From positions 343 to 64,342 of the forward strand of contig JAJOJK010000015.1 in assembly GCA_021208605.1 (NCBI GenBank): a stretch of DNA of 64,000 nt, in the 5' to 3' direction. Numbering within the stretch: the first letter of the stretch is position 1; the number at the start of each line of letters is the position of its first letter. Both the position numbers and the translations under genes were made by a program. The notes beneath the pieces are model-generated. The model worked only from the letters and a program-made list of their open reading frames with translations. It had not been told where the DNA came from and searched no databases. This DNA is from Candidatus Woesebacteria bacterium. GTDB lineage: Bacteria > Patescibacteriota > Microgenomatia > UBA1400 > UBA1396. Shown here one piece after another: positions 48,394 to 58,191 of this stretch.

Positions 48394-49422
48394 ATGACAT
48401 TAAAACAAATAATCCTAGATTTAGCGAAAAATAAGAAAAAAATTCAGACATCATATATTCAAGAGGAAACAAAAAACGAATATACGAGACAATACATTGT
48501 CAAAAATCTCCGGGAACTTACACAAGATGGGAAGTTGGCTCGATTTAGTGCTGGAGCGGGTACATTTTACACATTACCGAAGAATGTTATGAGTCTCAGT
48601 AATAGAATGACTAAGAGACTTGAAAACAGAAATCTAGATGAAACTGAAGTCTATTTTGATTTTGAGAAAAAACTTCATCTTAAAGAAACATTAGACGAAA
48701 ATGTATACTCCATCTTTACGTATGCATTTTCGGAGATGCTGAATAATGCTATTGAACACTCTCAGTCAGATAGAATAAAAATTACGTACTTTGATGACAA
48801 AGAGAATCTCTCATTTGTTATTAGAGACTATGGAATTGGGGTCTTTAAAAATGTAATGGAAAATCATAAGTTACGATCAGAAATAGAAGCAATTCAGGAT
48901 ATTTTAAAAGGGAAAACAACAACAGCTCCTCAAGCACATTCAGGTCAGGGTATTTTCTTTACTTCCAAAATTGCTGACCTTTTCATATTGGAAAGCTATG
49001 ATTACAGACTCAGAATAGATAACTCAATACCCGATGTTTTCATTGAAAAACTTTCTCAGAAAATTCAAGGAACAAAAGTGACGTTCACTATTAAAGCAAA
49101 GTCAACGAAACATTTAAGTGATATTTTCAGAGATTATCAAACAGATCCAGAAGGGTATGACTTTGATAAAACGAAAATCCAAGTCAAACTCTACACAATG
49201 GGAACAGTATATGTCTCTCGTTCACAGGCAAGAAGAATTTTAGCAGGCCTTGAAAAGTACCGTCACATTGTACTAGATTTTCAAAAAGTCCCTACCGTGG
49301 GACAAGCATTTGCTGATGAAATCTTTCGAGTATTTAAATCTCGAGAACCAGAAATAGTAATTGAACCCATAAATATGAACGAAACAGTAGAGTTCATGAT
49401 AAAGAGAGTGGATGATGTCTAA
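48394..49422 (+). CDS. wHTH-GHKL ATPase-STAS-like (DUF4325) protein
   Basis: EMLNNAIEHS, IRDYGIG, HSGQGIFFTS, SRSQARR...LDF..V..VGQAFADEIFRVF. Confidence 0.85.
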   Translation: MTLKQIILDLAKNKKKIQTSYIQEETKNEYTRQYIVKNLRELTQDGKLARFSAGAGTFYTLPKNVMSLSNRMTKRLENRNLDETEVYFDFEKKLHLKETLDENVYSIFTYAFSEMLNNAIEHSQSDRIKITYFDDKENLSFVIRDYGIGVFKNVMENHKLRSEIEAIQDILKGKTTTAPQAHSGQGIFFTSKIADLFILESYDYRLRIDNSIPDVFIEKLSQKIQGTKVTFTIKAKSTKHLSDIFRDYQTDPEGYDFDKTKIQVKLYTMGTVYVSRSQARRILAGLEKYRHIVLDFQKVPTVGQAFADEIFRVFKSREPEIVIEPINMNETVEFMIKRVDDV

Positions 49423-49576
49423 ATAAAGCAATCCCTCATTTCGTCCATATTAGTTCCGAGCAAGATCTTTGATATATCAATTTTTTATGCAGTTCAACCA
49501 CGCAATACTTTTGATTTCGTTTTGTTGGACAAATTTCCTTATAACCGAATGTACATGAGAATGCTACGCTACACAC

Positions 49577-50431
49577 ATGCGTCCTCCCACACAACCGAAT
49601 CGAGCAGAGTGGTACTGGCTGCGGGTTTCTCGGCCGCGATTTTGGCTCTATTTGCTCGGTCCATCGCTGGTTGGAGTCGTCGCTGCAACAGACACCTGGC
49701 AGGTATGGCTCAATCCGGTGGTCTGGTTTTGGCTCCTGTTTTTTACCTGGCCGGCAAATGTCTTTCTCTATGGAGTAAATGACTTATTTGACCAAGACAC
49801 CGACGCGCATAACACCAAAAAACACACCTACGAAACTCGCTTTGCCACTCGTCGTTCTCGGCAGATGCAGCGTTTGCTAGCCGTGATTGCCCTTGCCGGC
49901 TTGGGCGCTGGTTTCGGGCTGCTTCCTCTGAACAGTTGGCTCATATTGGGAGCGTGGTTCGTGCTGAGCTGGACCTACTCAGCTCCACCGCTGCGCTGGA
50001 AGTCACGCCCTTTTCTGGATGCCTACTCGAATGGACTGTATATCCTTCCCGCTGTACTCGTCTTTGTCTGGCTTTCTGGCAGCTGGCCACCGGCCTGGGC
50101 CATCCTCGCTGGCTGGTGCTGGAGCGTGGGCATGCACACGTTTTCTGCCATTCCCGACATTGCCGCTGACCAAGCAGGCGGAGTGCACACCACGGCTACC
50201 GTTTTGGGTCGCGGTCGGGCACTCTTATGGGTGGCTGGCCACTGGCTCGTTGCCATTGGCTTAGCCAGCACCGGTTTGCAGTGGTGGGCGGGGCTCGGTG
50301 TACTGTATCCGGCAGTGGCCCTGTATCTGTGGTTTCGACCAAAAGAATCCGTGTTCTCTTGGTATGTGTGGTTTCCTTATATAAACGCAGTTTTGGGCAT
50401 GGCCCTATTCTGGTGGGTCTATGCGCAGTAA
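49577..50431 (+). CDS. UbiA-family prenyltransferase, lycopene elongase (LyeJ/CrtEb)-like
   Basis: SRPRFWLY..GP, YGVND.FD..TD, YSAPPLRWK.RPFLD..SN, AIPDI.AD. Confidence 0.85.
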   Translation: MRPPTQPNRAEWYWLRVSRPRFWLYLLGPSLVGVVAATDTWQVWLNPVVWFWLLFFTWPANVFLYGVNDLFDQDTDAHNTKKHTYETRFATRRSRQMQRLLAVIALAGLGAGFGLLPLNSWLILGAWFVLSWTYSAPPLRWKSRPFLDAYSNGLYILPAVLVFVWLSGSWPPAWAILAGWCWSVGMHTFSAIPDIAADQAGGVHTTATVLGRGRALLWVAGHWLVAIGLASTGLQWWAGLGVLYPAVALYLWFRPKESVFSWYVWFPYINAVLGMALFWWVYAQ

Positions 50432-51191
50432 TACCGCTGCTGCTGTATCGGTTATTATTCCAACGCTGAATGAGTCAGGCACGATCGGGTGCTTGCTCGC
50501 CGACCTCGCGCAGCAAACCTTGGCACCCACAGAAATACTGGTTATCGATGGCGGATCAACCGACACCACCGTGGCCGAAGTAGAATCATTGGCTGAACAC
50601 TCCCCATCACTGCCGGTGCGCATCATACACAGTGCTCGTGGCGTGGGGCACCAACGCAATGTTGGTGGGCACCAAGCCAAAGGAAAGTGGTTGTACTTTT
50701 TTGATGCTGATGTGCGGGTGCCCCCGGAATTCATAGAAAAATCGCAGCGTTTACTCGAGGCGCGCAATCTAGAATCGGCGTGTCCCCGCTACTGGCCGTG
50801 GCATTCTTTTGTGTGGACTCAGGCTTTCTTTGCCGTGGCAAACTTTGTTTTTTGGATTGGCCAGCGCCGCTATCCCGCTGGAGTTGGTGCCTGCATTCTC
50901 ATGCAGCGCACCGTTTTTGCGAGTATTGGTGGATTCCGTCCGGAACTCCTCGTCGATGACTTGGATGGTATTTATCGCATGGGCAAAGCGAGCCGGTTTG
51001 CAATTCTCCCAATTTCGGTGTGGGTCTCGGACCGCCGCTTCCGCGAAGAAGGATTTTGGACAGTTATCTGGAAATATTGGCAAATAAGTGGAGCGTTTGT
51101 GCGCGGCAATTTGGCCAAAACAAATACCATCGAGTACCGTTTTGGCGAACACGACACAACCCCAAAAAAGAGTGAACCGCCTACATTCTAA
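50421..51191 (+). CDS. GT2 glycosyltransferase
   Basis: SVIIPTLNE, IDGGSTD, FFDAD, S.RRF. Confidence 0.9.
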   Translation: MRSNTAAAVSVIIPTLNESGTIGCLLADLAQQTLAPTEILVIDGGSTDTTVAEVESLAEHSPSLPVRIIHSARGVGHQRNVGGHQAKGKWLYFFDADVRVPPEFIEKSQRLLEARNLESACPRYWPWHSFVWTQAFFAVANFVFWIGQRRYPAGVGACILMQRTVFASIGGFRPELLVDDLDGIYRMGKASRFAILPISVWVSDRRFREEGFWTVIWKYWQISGAFVRGNLAKTNTIEYRFGEHDTTPKKSEPPTF

Positions 51192-52662
51192 GACGATCTC
51201 GCACCAAATGACCAGAAATCACAGAAGTGGGCACCCCAATTCCGGGCACTGTATTTGCGCCAGAAAAGAGGAGATTGGCCACTTTTTTACTCTTGTTGGC
51301 CGGTCGCCAAATGGCACTCTGGAAAAACGTATGCGCGAGTCCACCCAAGGCGTTGCCGGCATAGCTGTTGTAGCGCTCAGCAAAGTCAGTGATCGAGAAA
51401 ATTTCCTTCACAACAATATTTTCCTTGAGCTTTATGTCGAGTTTGGCTTCTAAAAAGTCCAGGATGAAGTTGGCGTAGTGTTCGCGCCACATGTCGTTTT
51501 CTTCGAGTCCGGGAGCAATTGGCACTAAAACCATGAGATTTTCATGACCTTTGGGCGCTACTGAGGGATCAGTCGCCGAAGTTTTGTTGATATACACCGA
51601 CGGTTCCTGCGGCCAACGTGGGTGGTCGAAAACATCGGCAAAATGTTTTTGCCAGTCAGTACCGAAATAGAGGGTGTGGTGCTGCAGTTTGGGTAACTTG
51701 CCTTTCACACCCAAATACAGCAAGAATGCGGAAGGTGTGAGGGTTTTCTTTTGCCAGTGCTTGCGGGGAATCGTGCGCAGCGACTGCTCAGAAAGCAGAT
51801 CTTCGGTATGGACGTAGTCCGCGTTGGAAACCACATAATCAGCTGTGTATTTTGTATCGCCGCAATGAACGGTATGAATGCGGCCATCTTCTACTTCGAG
51901 AGAGGTAACCGGCGAGTTATACACAAACTCGACTCCTTGCTCCTGGGCGACTTGTTCCATGGCTTTCACCACACCAAACAGACCACCCTCTGGGTACCAC
52001 ACCCCTAAGCCCATGTCGACATACCCCATCATGCTGAAGAGAGCGGGTGCATTTTGCGGCGAACAGCCCAAAAACACTAAGTTGTACTCAATAATTTGCT
52101 GCAGTTTGTGGTGCGAGAAAAATTTCTTGACATAGCGGTGCATGGGTTCGAGAACACCAACATGAGGCGAGTTCTTGATCAGCTCCCAGTTATTGGCTAA
52201 ATCGAAAATCGAGTCCATGTTGCGGTACAAAATACTGTCCATGGCAATGCGGTACTTGAGCTCACCTTCACGCAGGTACTGTCGCAGCTTTTTGGCGGCC
52301 CCTTTTTCGTAGGACTCAAACAGCGCTTCATCTTCTTTTTGGTCGCCAGTAATATCGGCATGTGTGCCATCACCAAAGACCACTCGGTACTGCGGGTGTA
52401 AGGGCTGAATCGAGTAATAATCGGACGGCTTTTTGCCAAACTCAGCAAAAAACCGATCAAACACTTCAGGCATCATGTACCATGAGGGGCCCATATCAAA
52501 CGTAAAACCGTCGCGCTTGATCTGTCCCGCCCGACCACCTGGCTGTGAATTTTTCTCAAGCACGGTCACACGGTGCCCATCTTTGGCCAACAAGGCCGCC
52601 GCCGAAAGCCCTCCAAATCCCGCTCCAATAACAATGACAGATTTTTGCGACGAATGTGACAT
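51181..52662 (-). CDS. crtI: phytoene desaturase/carotenoid desaturase (CrtI/CrtD family)
   Basis: VIGAGFGGLSAA, GGRA...GFTFDMGPSW, D.S.AP.G.E, GA.T.PG.GVP. Confidence 0.9.
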   Translation of the reverse strand: MSHSSQKSVIVIGAGFGGLSAAALLAKDGHRVTVLEKNSQPGGRAGQIKRDGFTFDMGPSWYMMPEVFDRFFAEFGKKPSDYYSIQPLHPQYRVVFGDGTHADITGDQKEDEALFESYEKGAAKKLRQYLREGELKYRIAMDSILYRNMDSIFDLANNWELIKNSPHVGVLEPMHRYVKKFFSHHKLQQIIEYNLVFLGCSPQNAPALFSMMGYVDMGLGVWYPEGGLFGVVKAMEQVAQEQGVEFVYNSPVTSLEVEDGRIHTVHCGDTKYTADYVVSNADYVHTEDLLSEQSLRTIPRKHWQKKTLTPSAFLLYLGVKGKLPKLQHHTLYFGTDWQKHFADVFDHPRWPQEPSVYINKTSATDPSVAPKGHENLMVLVPIAPGLEENDMWREHYANFILDFLEAKLDIKLKENIVVKEIFSITDFAERYNSYAGNALGGLAHTFFQSAIWRPANKSKKVANLLFSGANTVPGIGVPTSVISGHLVRDRLRM

Positions 52663-52786
52663 AGAGTTCCTTTGCATTTAAACAATGAGGCGTACGCATC
52701 TGTATCGTATCACTTGGGGAGGGGAGAGAGTACATTGAGAAAGTTTTCTGGTACACTTTTTCAAAGACTACAAACAGAAAGGTCCC

Positions 52787-53167
52787 ATGTCAAAATACAT
52801 CGACGGATTTGTCCTGGTAGTTCCCAAGGAAAAATCTGAAGCCTACAAACAAATGGCCGAGGGTGGTCGCGATTCGTGGATGAAGCATGGCGCTTTGGCA
52901 TACTACGAGTGTCGTGGTGAAGACATGGCTCCTCAGGTGATGGGAGACGAAAAAACTCGCTCCTTCCCAAAAATGGTCAGTGCCGGCAGCGACGAGACAG
53001 TCTGGTTTTCCTTTATCGTGTTTAAGTCTAAAGAGCACCGCGACGAAGTCAATGCCAAAGTGATGGCCGAGATGGCAGAGAGTGCCGAAGAGTTCGAACA
53101 GTATGAGATGCCCTTCGAAATGAAAAAAATGGCCTATGGCGGATTTGCGGTAGAGGTAGAAGGGTAG
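52787..53167 (+). CDS. DUF1428 family protein
   Basis: YIDGFVL.VP, HGAL.Y.EC, HRDEVNAKVM, M.YGGF. Confidence 0.9.
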   Translation: MSKYIDGFVLVVPKEKSEAYKQMAEGGRDSWMKHGALAYYECRGEDMAPQVMGDEKTRSFPKMVSAGSDETVWFSFIVFKSKEHRDEVNAKVMAEMAESAEEFEQYEMPFEMKKMAYGGFAVEVEG

Positions 53168-53195
53168 GCGGAATAGTTAGAAGCCGAACACTACT

Positions 53196-53666
53196 TTAAT
53201 TTAAAACCACAATCCCAGCATTCAACGCAGCGGCAAAGCTCACCCAAAACAAATAGGGCAGCAATATGGCGGCCGCCATGCGAGAAACACGGTATATTTT
53301 CAGCATGGCCATAATAATGGCTGCCCAGAGAGCGCTCATCACCAGCAGCGCCAGTAGGGGCGAGCGCAAACCAAAGAAAATCGGCGTCCAGAGAAAATTC
53401 AATCCAAGTTGCAAGAGAAAATAATTCCGAGCGGTACGAACAGATTTCTTTGTCCAACCTTGTCGCCAGAGCAAGTAAAAAGACACACCCATCAAAAAAT
53501 AGAGCAGGGTCCATACTGGTCCAAAAAGCCAATTTGGCGGCGCAAAAAATGGCTTATTGAGCGTTGCATACCAGGTCGGAATCGCTGAGACCGTAAAGAC
53601 GCTACCTATGATTCCCACCAACTCACACACCACAACAGAAAAAATGAGCTTGGACAGGTCTTTCAT
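53196..53666 (-). CDS. tspO: TspO/MBR (CrtK) protein
   Basis: WYATLNKP.FAPPNWLFGPVWT.LY, LNF.W..IFFG, PYL.WVSFA..LN. Confidence 0.93.
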   Translation of the reverse strand: MKDLSKLIFSVVVCELVGIIGSVFTVSAIPTWYATLNKPFFAPPNWLFGPVWTLLYFLMGVSFYLLWRQGWTKKSVRTARNYFLLQLGLNFLWTPIFFGLRSPLLALLVMSALWAAIIMAMLKIYRVSRMAAAILLPYLFWVSFAAALNAGIVVLN

Positions 53667-53723
53667 GTACATATAGTATGGAGGACAGAAAAGCAAAACA
53701 CAATTAAGACTGAGTAAGAAGCA

Positions 53724-54173
53724 ATGACCCCACACATCTCCATCATCACGCTCGGCGTCAAAGACGTTGCCGCCTCGACCGAGTTTTACGAAAAACTCGG
53801 CTTCCCGGTAGAGCCAAGCGGGAAAATTACGTTCATTACCACTTCGCCAACCAGTAAACTGGCGCTCTACGGACTGCAGGACCTGGCCCAAGACGCAGGA
53901 GTAGAAGCCCAAACCGGATCGTTTTCTGGAATCACTCTGGCGCATAATGTGGTCTCCAAAGAACAGGTTGATGCTGTTATTGAAGAAGCGCGAAACATAG
54001 GCGCCCGCATCACCGACGAACCACATGAGCGCGAGTGGGGCGGCTACTCAGGTTATTTCCAAGACCCTGACGGCTACCTCTGGGAAATTGGCTTCAATCC
54101 GTTTGATCCGGAGATAGCGGTGGATGAGGGGAAACCTAGGGAAAAACAGTCTTCTACTGACCCAAACTCGTAA
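53724..54173 (+). CDS. VOC family protein
   Basis: ITLGV.D......FY, WGGYSGYF.DPDG.LWE. Confidence 0.92.
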   Translation: MTPHISIITLGVKDVAASTEFYEKLGFPVEPSGKITFITTSPTSKLALYGLQDLAQDAGVEAQTGSFSGITLAHNVVSKEQVDAVIEEARNIGARITDEPHEREWGGYSGYFQDPDGYLWEIGFNPFDPEIAVDEGKPREKQSSTDPNS

Positions 54174-54456
54174 ACACACCTACTGCCAGCTCAGCCCAAA
54201 TCAAAAGCAAGACCAGCGCAAATCCAATTCCAACCACAACACGGTACTTGGGTTTCGTTTTTCTTGCTGTGAACACAAACGCAGAGCCAGTACCAAATAA
54301 CAAACCACCCATAACCAGAAAATCAAAACTCGTCCAACGTATTTGTTGTGTGAGCTGCATAGCGACGAAAGGAACAAGTAACACAACAGCAGTTGCGAGT
54401 ACCATCCAGGCGAAGATTCGGTTGCTCTGGAGAATATCAGTAGGTTTCTTGGTCAT
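54154..54456 (-). CDS. small membrane protein
   Basis: Three hydrophobic helices ending in WAELAVG. Confidence 0.7.
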   Translation of the reverse strand: MTKKPTDILQSNRIFAWMVLATAVVLLVPFVAMQLTQQIRWTSFDFLVMGGLLFGTGSAFVFTARKTKPKYRVVVGIGFALVLLLIWAELAVGVFTSLGQ

Positions 54457-54579
54457 TTCGGTACCTCACAGTTGTGTTGGTTGGGTTTATGATACCACTA
54501 GAAAGATTCTGTGACTGATACTTTTTACAGAAAAAATAACTCTGCTATAGTATGAAAAAGACAAGCATGAAAGGTAGAC

Positions 54580-54912
54580 ATGGATGAATACTCACTTGAA
54601 AGTTTTTCCCAATACGATGCAACACGTCCGGCTGAAGTAATAAACAGCACTAGCCATGATAGCGCAAAAAAATGGGCGAGGAAGGCATCCTTTATGCAAC
54701 TCGGATACGCTTTAGATTTTTACAAAGAAGATCATTCTTTAACTCCGGAACAAATAGAAACTATTGATGCTTTTAATAACCATGTTTTCGGCGATGAGTT
54801 CAAGAACAAAACCCTCACGGAAAAAAAGGATATTGAACTTGCCTTGAACACATTAGAGTCACTTGGTATTGATGTATCAAAGCAGAAGAAACAGCTCAAG
54901 ACTTGGGACTAA
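54580..54912 (+). CDS. hypothetical protein
   Basis: 110 aa ORF with RBS-like AAGG. Confidence 0.55.
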   Translation: MDEYSLESFSQYDATRPAEVINSTSHDSAKKWARKASFMQLGYALDFYKEDHSLTPEQIETIDAFNNHVFGDEFKNKTLTEKKDIELALNTLESLGIDVSKQKKQLKTWD

Positions 54913-54946
54913 TCACTTTCTTACACTTTAGGGAGTGGAGGAGTCC

Positions 54947-56002
54947 TCAAATAAACTCCACTCCCTCCTGTAACTGAATAAGCACCGCCAACAACTGATT
55001 CTCTGAGAGGGTCAAGCCAGCAATCTCCAGAGGTTTCGCCGCATCTACCAACTCGGCCAGCTCCTGCTTTCGAATCACCTCCAACAAATCTTTATGAATA
55101 TAGTGATCCCGCGCCATGGCCACGGTGTTGCCGAGTTCGTCGGCCACCGCTTGGTAGATGTCTTGCAGAGACAATTTTGCGTCTTTCTTTTCTTCGCGTA
55201 ACGCCGTTTTGAAGGCGACCACAGTTCCCGCCCAAGTGCGAAAATCTTTGGCCGTAATCCGAAAACCAGCTATTTCTTGCAGCGCGACATTCACATCACT
55301 TGAGGTAACAGACTGTTCCTCACCGTCGTCATCAAAGTAGCTAAACAGAAATGATCCTTCTTCATCATTGAGTTGCCGGATGACTCGCATAAGCGGCTTG
55401 CTGGTCAAAACAACTTCGTGCGCCTTGCCAGACTTGCCAACGAAGTCGAGCGTGATCTTGTCTGCTGATACCGCCACGTTGTCATTGCTCAGTGTGGTCG
55501 CGCCATACGAATCATTCGCTTCGAGATACTGGCGATTCCCAATTCGAATATGCGTTTTATCAATGAGACCGATAACCGCTGCAATCAACAGCTCGCGCGA
55601 CAACTCGTCTTGGCCAATCACACGCGAAACATACCGACGAATCTTCGGCAAGCTCTGCCCAAATGGAATCAGACGATAGTGGTTCAAATGATCGCGAAAC
55701 TCGCGCCACTTTGGATGATACAGATACTGCTTCCGCCCAGCGTCATCCTGGCCAGTGGCCAAAATATGGGCCTTCTCATTTTTAGAGATCCAGACATCTT
55801 TCCACGCTGGGGGAATCGCTAACGACTCGATCCACGCGCGCGTCTTTCCTTGCGCGGTATTTCCACGCGCATCTTGGTAACTGAATCCTGTGCCTTGCAC
55901 CTGGCGCGTCCAGCCTGGTGCCTCGGCGCTGACATACTCTAAACCAGCCTGGCGAGCACAGTACTCGGTGTCGGTGTAGAGCTTGATGACGTGATCGATC
56001 AC
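54947..56002 (-). CDS. bacterial DNA topoisomerase IB
   Basis: IPPAW.DVWI, GRKQYLYH..W, RIGN, GKSGK, AKDFRTW, LGNT..MAR..YIH. Confidence 0.93.
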   Translation of the reverse strand: MIDHVIKLYTDTEYCARQAGLEYVSAEAPGWTRQVQGTGFSYQDARGNTAQGKTRAWIESLAIPPAWKDVWISKNEKAHILATGQDDAGRKQYLYHPKWREFRDHLNHYRLIPFGQSLPKIRRYVSRVIGQDELSRELLIAAVIGLIDKTHIRIGNRQYLEANDSYGATTLSNDNVAVSADKITLDFVGKSGKAHEVVLTSKPLMRVIRQLNDEEGSFLFSYFDDDGEEQSVTSSDVNVALQEIAGFRITAKDFRTWAGTVVAFKTALREEKKDAKLSLQDIYQAVADELGNTVAMARDHYIHKDLLEVIRKQELAELVDAAKPLEIAGLTLSENQLLAVLIQLQEGVEFI

Positions 56003-56106
56003 CTCAAAAGTGTAGCATGGAAAAAGGTTGATGAAGTAAGAAGAAAGTAATAAAAAAAGCAGCTGGTATACTCAGAGTACACCCACAAGAACCGAAAGGT
56101 CTCCTC

Positions 56107-56706
56107 ATGCCCAAAGGAAACGGAAAATCCATCCCCAAAGTCAAAATCGACTTGGAGCCATCAAAAGACCAAGTATCTGAACTCTTCCAAACTCTGCAAG
56201 AGAGATTTGAAGCCAACATGTCGCGCCACAAGGGGCTGAAGTGGGAAACCATCCAAGCCAAACTGGAAAAAAAACCTAAAAAAATTGCCACGCTCTTTGC
56301 CATGGAAAGTACTGGCGGAGAACCCGATGTCATCGCCTACGACAAGAAAGCGGACGAGTACACCTTCTGCGACTGCTCTGAACAATCTCCGGACCGCCGC
56401 AGCATCTGCTATGACGGAGCAGGCGAAAAGGCCCGCCAGAAAAAGGGTGTCCATCCAGGCGGCAATGCCGTGGACCTGGCAGAGAAAATGGGCGTAGAGT
56501 TGCTCAACAAAGAACAGTACCGCACCTTGCAAGAACTCGGCGAGTTTGACACCACAACATCAAGCTGGCTGAAAACACCTCAAAAAATCCGCGACCTCGG
56601 TGGTGCCATCTTCGGCGACCGCCGTTACGATACTGTTTTTGTGTATCACAATGGAGCAGAGTCGTTTTACGCTGCGCGTGGGTTTCGGGGTATACTTAAA
56701 ATATAA
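56107..56706 (+). CDS. DUF4256 family protein
   Basis: RFE.NM.RH, ME.TGGEPD, FD..TSSW, HNGA.S.YAARGFRG. Confidence 0.88.
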   Translation: MPKGNGKSIPKVKIDLEPSKDQVSELFQTLQERFEANMSRHKGLKWETIQAKLEKKPKKIATLFAMESTGGEPDVIAYDKKADEYTFCDCSEQSPDRRSICYDGAGEKARQKKGVHPGGNAVDLAEKMGVELLNKEQYRTLQELGEFDTTTSSWLKTPQKIRDLGGAIFGDRRYDTVFVYHNGAESFYAARGFRGILKI

Positions 56707-56730
56707 GATAACGAGTAACAAAACTCTACA

Positions 56731-57355
56731 ATGCAAACAGAACAAGATAAACCGGAGACTTTTCTGCCTACAGAAAAAGTACATAAAGAAATTATGCAAG
56801 CAGTACGTCGCTTGCAGAATATTCAAAATACATATATTCAAGCAGCAAGAGAGCTCAGACAACAATACGGAATAAATAACAGAGCGTGTGGACCAAGTTC
56901 TTTTTCTCTAGCAGTTGTCATTCAAGAACATTTCCGTACACAGAATATCGAGCTTCCAATAGATGCTTCCATTACGAAAATTTCTTATCCTCAAAATGGT
57001 ATATATATCATGTTTGGAACTGAAAAGGAGGGATTCGAATGGATTGATCATGCATGGGTAGAGGGATCAAGTTCTTTGCGTTTCGCATACATCTGACCGC
57101 TATTCCGCTCAGGCTTCTTTTCAAGCAGCTGTCGTAACCACTGATCACATAGAGATGCTTTATGAACGATTCGGTTTCAGACTTGCCAAAAATCTCGAAC
57201 AACTGAGAGAATTCACAGGTTTACCATTAGAAATAATAGACCAACTTACTCAAATAATTACCGAAATAAAGAGTGGTGAATTTCCTGATAACTACAATGA
57301 TTACGTACAAATCTTGCTTGAACATATTTACCAATCGGACCAACATCGCACATGA
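56731..57355 (+). pseudogene. AT-rich hypothetical gene broken near 57060
   Basis: ORF 56731-57096 (C..H pattern: ACG...DHAWVE) continues in the +1 frame, open from 57062 to 57355. Confidence 0.5.
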
Positions 57356-58035
57356 AATACGCCTTCTTCGACGTCGACAACACTCTCTACCAGGGCTACT
57401 CCGCGTCGGAACTCATTCACACCGTTGCGGACACCTTTGCCAGGCCTGAACTCACCAAGCAACATAGCCAAGTGGTCGAAGATTACTTTCAACACAAAAC
57501 CAGCTACAACGCCATGTCCCAAGTCGTCTTAGATCTGGCTTCAGAAGCCGTGAGCGGCATGAATCCGCAAGAGGTCCAGGCACTGGTCCGCGAGATGCTC
57601 CAGCAAAAACCAACCCTCTTCGCCGCCTGGGTAAGAGAAGTCATGGACTACCTCAACGCCGAAAGCTATCGCACCGTTTTGGTCTCGGGTGGTCCGGATG
57701 TGGTTATTCAGGAGCTGGCGCGCCTAGTGGGTTCAGACGAGTGGTACGCCACCGAAATTACCATGGACCAAGGTGTGTACACCGGCCAAAAAACGAAGAT
57801 CCTCAACGAATTAGCCAAAGCTGAGCTCATTACCTCACTCCTTGCCAAACAGTCTCCCACCCGTACCATCGCCTTTGGCGACAGCCCTGGAGACGTGCCC
57901 ATGCTTGAACTAGCCGACACCGCGTTTGTGGCCAAGAGTGATCACCATCCCGAAATGCTAAGGTACGCGCAAGAGAGAAACTGGACGGTTTTTGAGACAG
58001 CGGAAGAGGTTATTACCAAAGTCAAAATACTTTAA
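57352..58035 (+). CDS. HAD-IB family phosphatase
   Basis: FFDVDNTL, VSGG, K, FGDS.GD.PML. Confidence 0.9.
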   Translation: MKYAFFDVDNTLYQGYSASELIHTVADTFARPELTKQHSQVVEDYFQHKTSYNAMSQVVLDLASEAVSGMNPQEVQALVREMLQQKPTLFAAWVREVMDYLNAESYRTVLVSGGPDVVIQELARLVGSDEWYATEITMDQGVYTGQKTKILNELAKAELITSLLAKQSPTRTIAFGDSPGDVPMLELADTAFVAKSDHHPEMLRYAQERNWTVFETAEEVITKVKIL

Positions 58036-58191
58036 AAAGCCTACTTTACTGAATCAGTAACTGACCACATTACTTTGAAGTATTTTGGCAAGCATGCCGC
58101 GTTTTTTTGAAGCAATTGGTCGAGCCGCACAGGGCTAGATGTGTAATCCTGTATCCCATTTGAAGAAAGTGCTACTATATCTGGTATCGCT

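Noticed and set aside
49515-49552. GTTGGACAAA...TTATAACCGAAT as a third att site
   Set aside because: Weak similarity to the arms and no GGGGGAGC core
53196-54026. 276-aa TspO fusion as given in the ORF track
   Set aside because: The N-terminal extension is antisense to the VOC gene; the likely start is 53666
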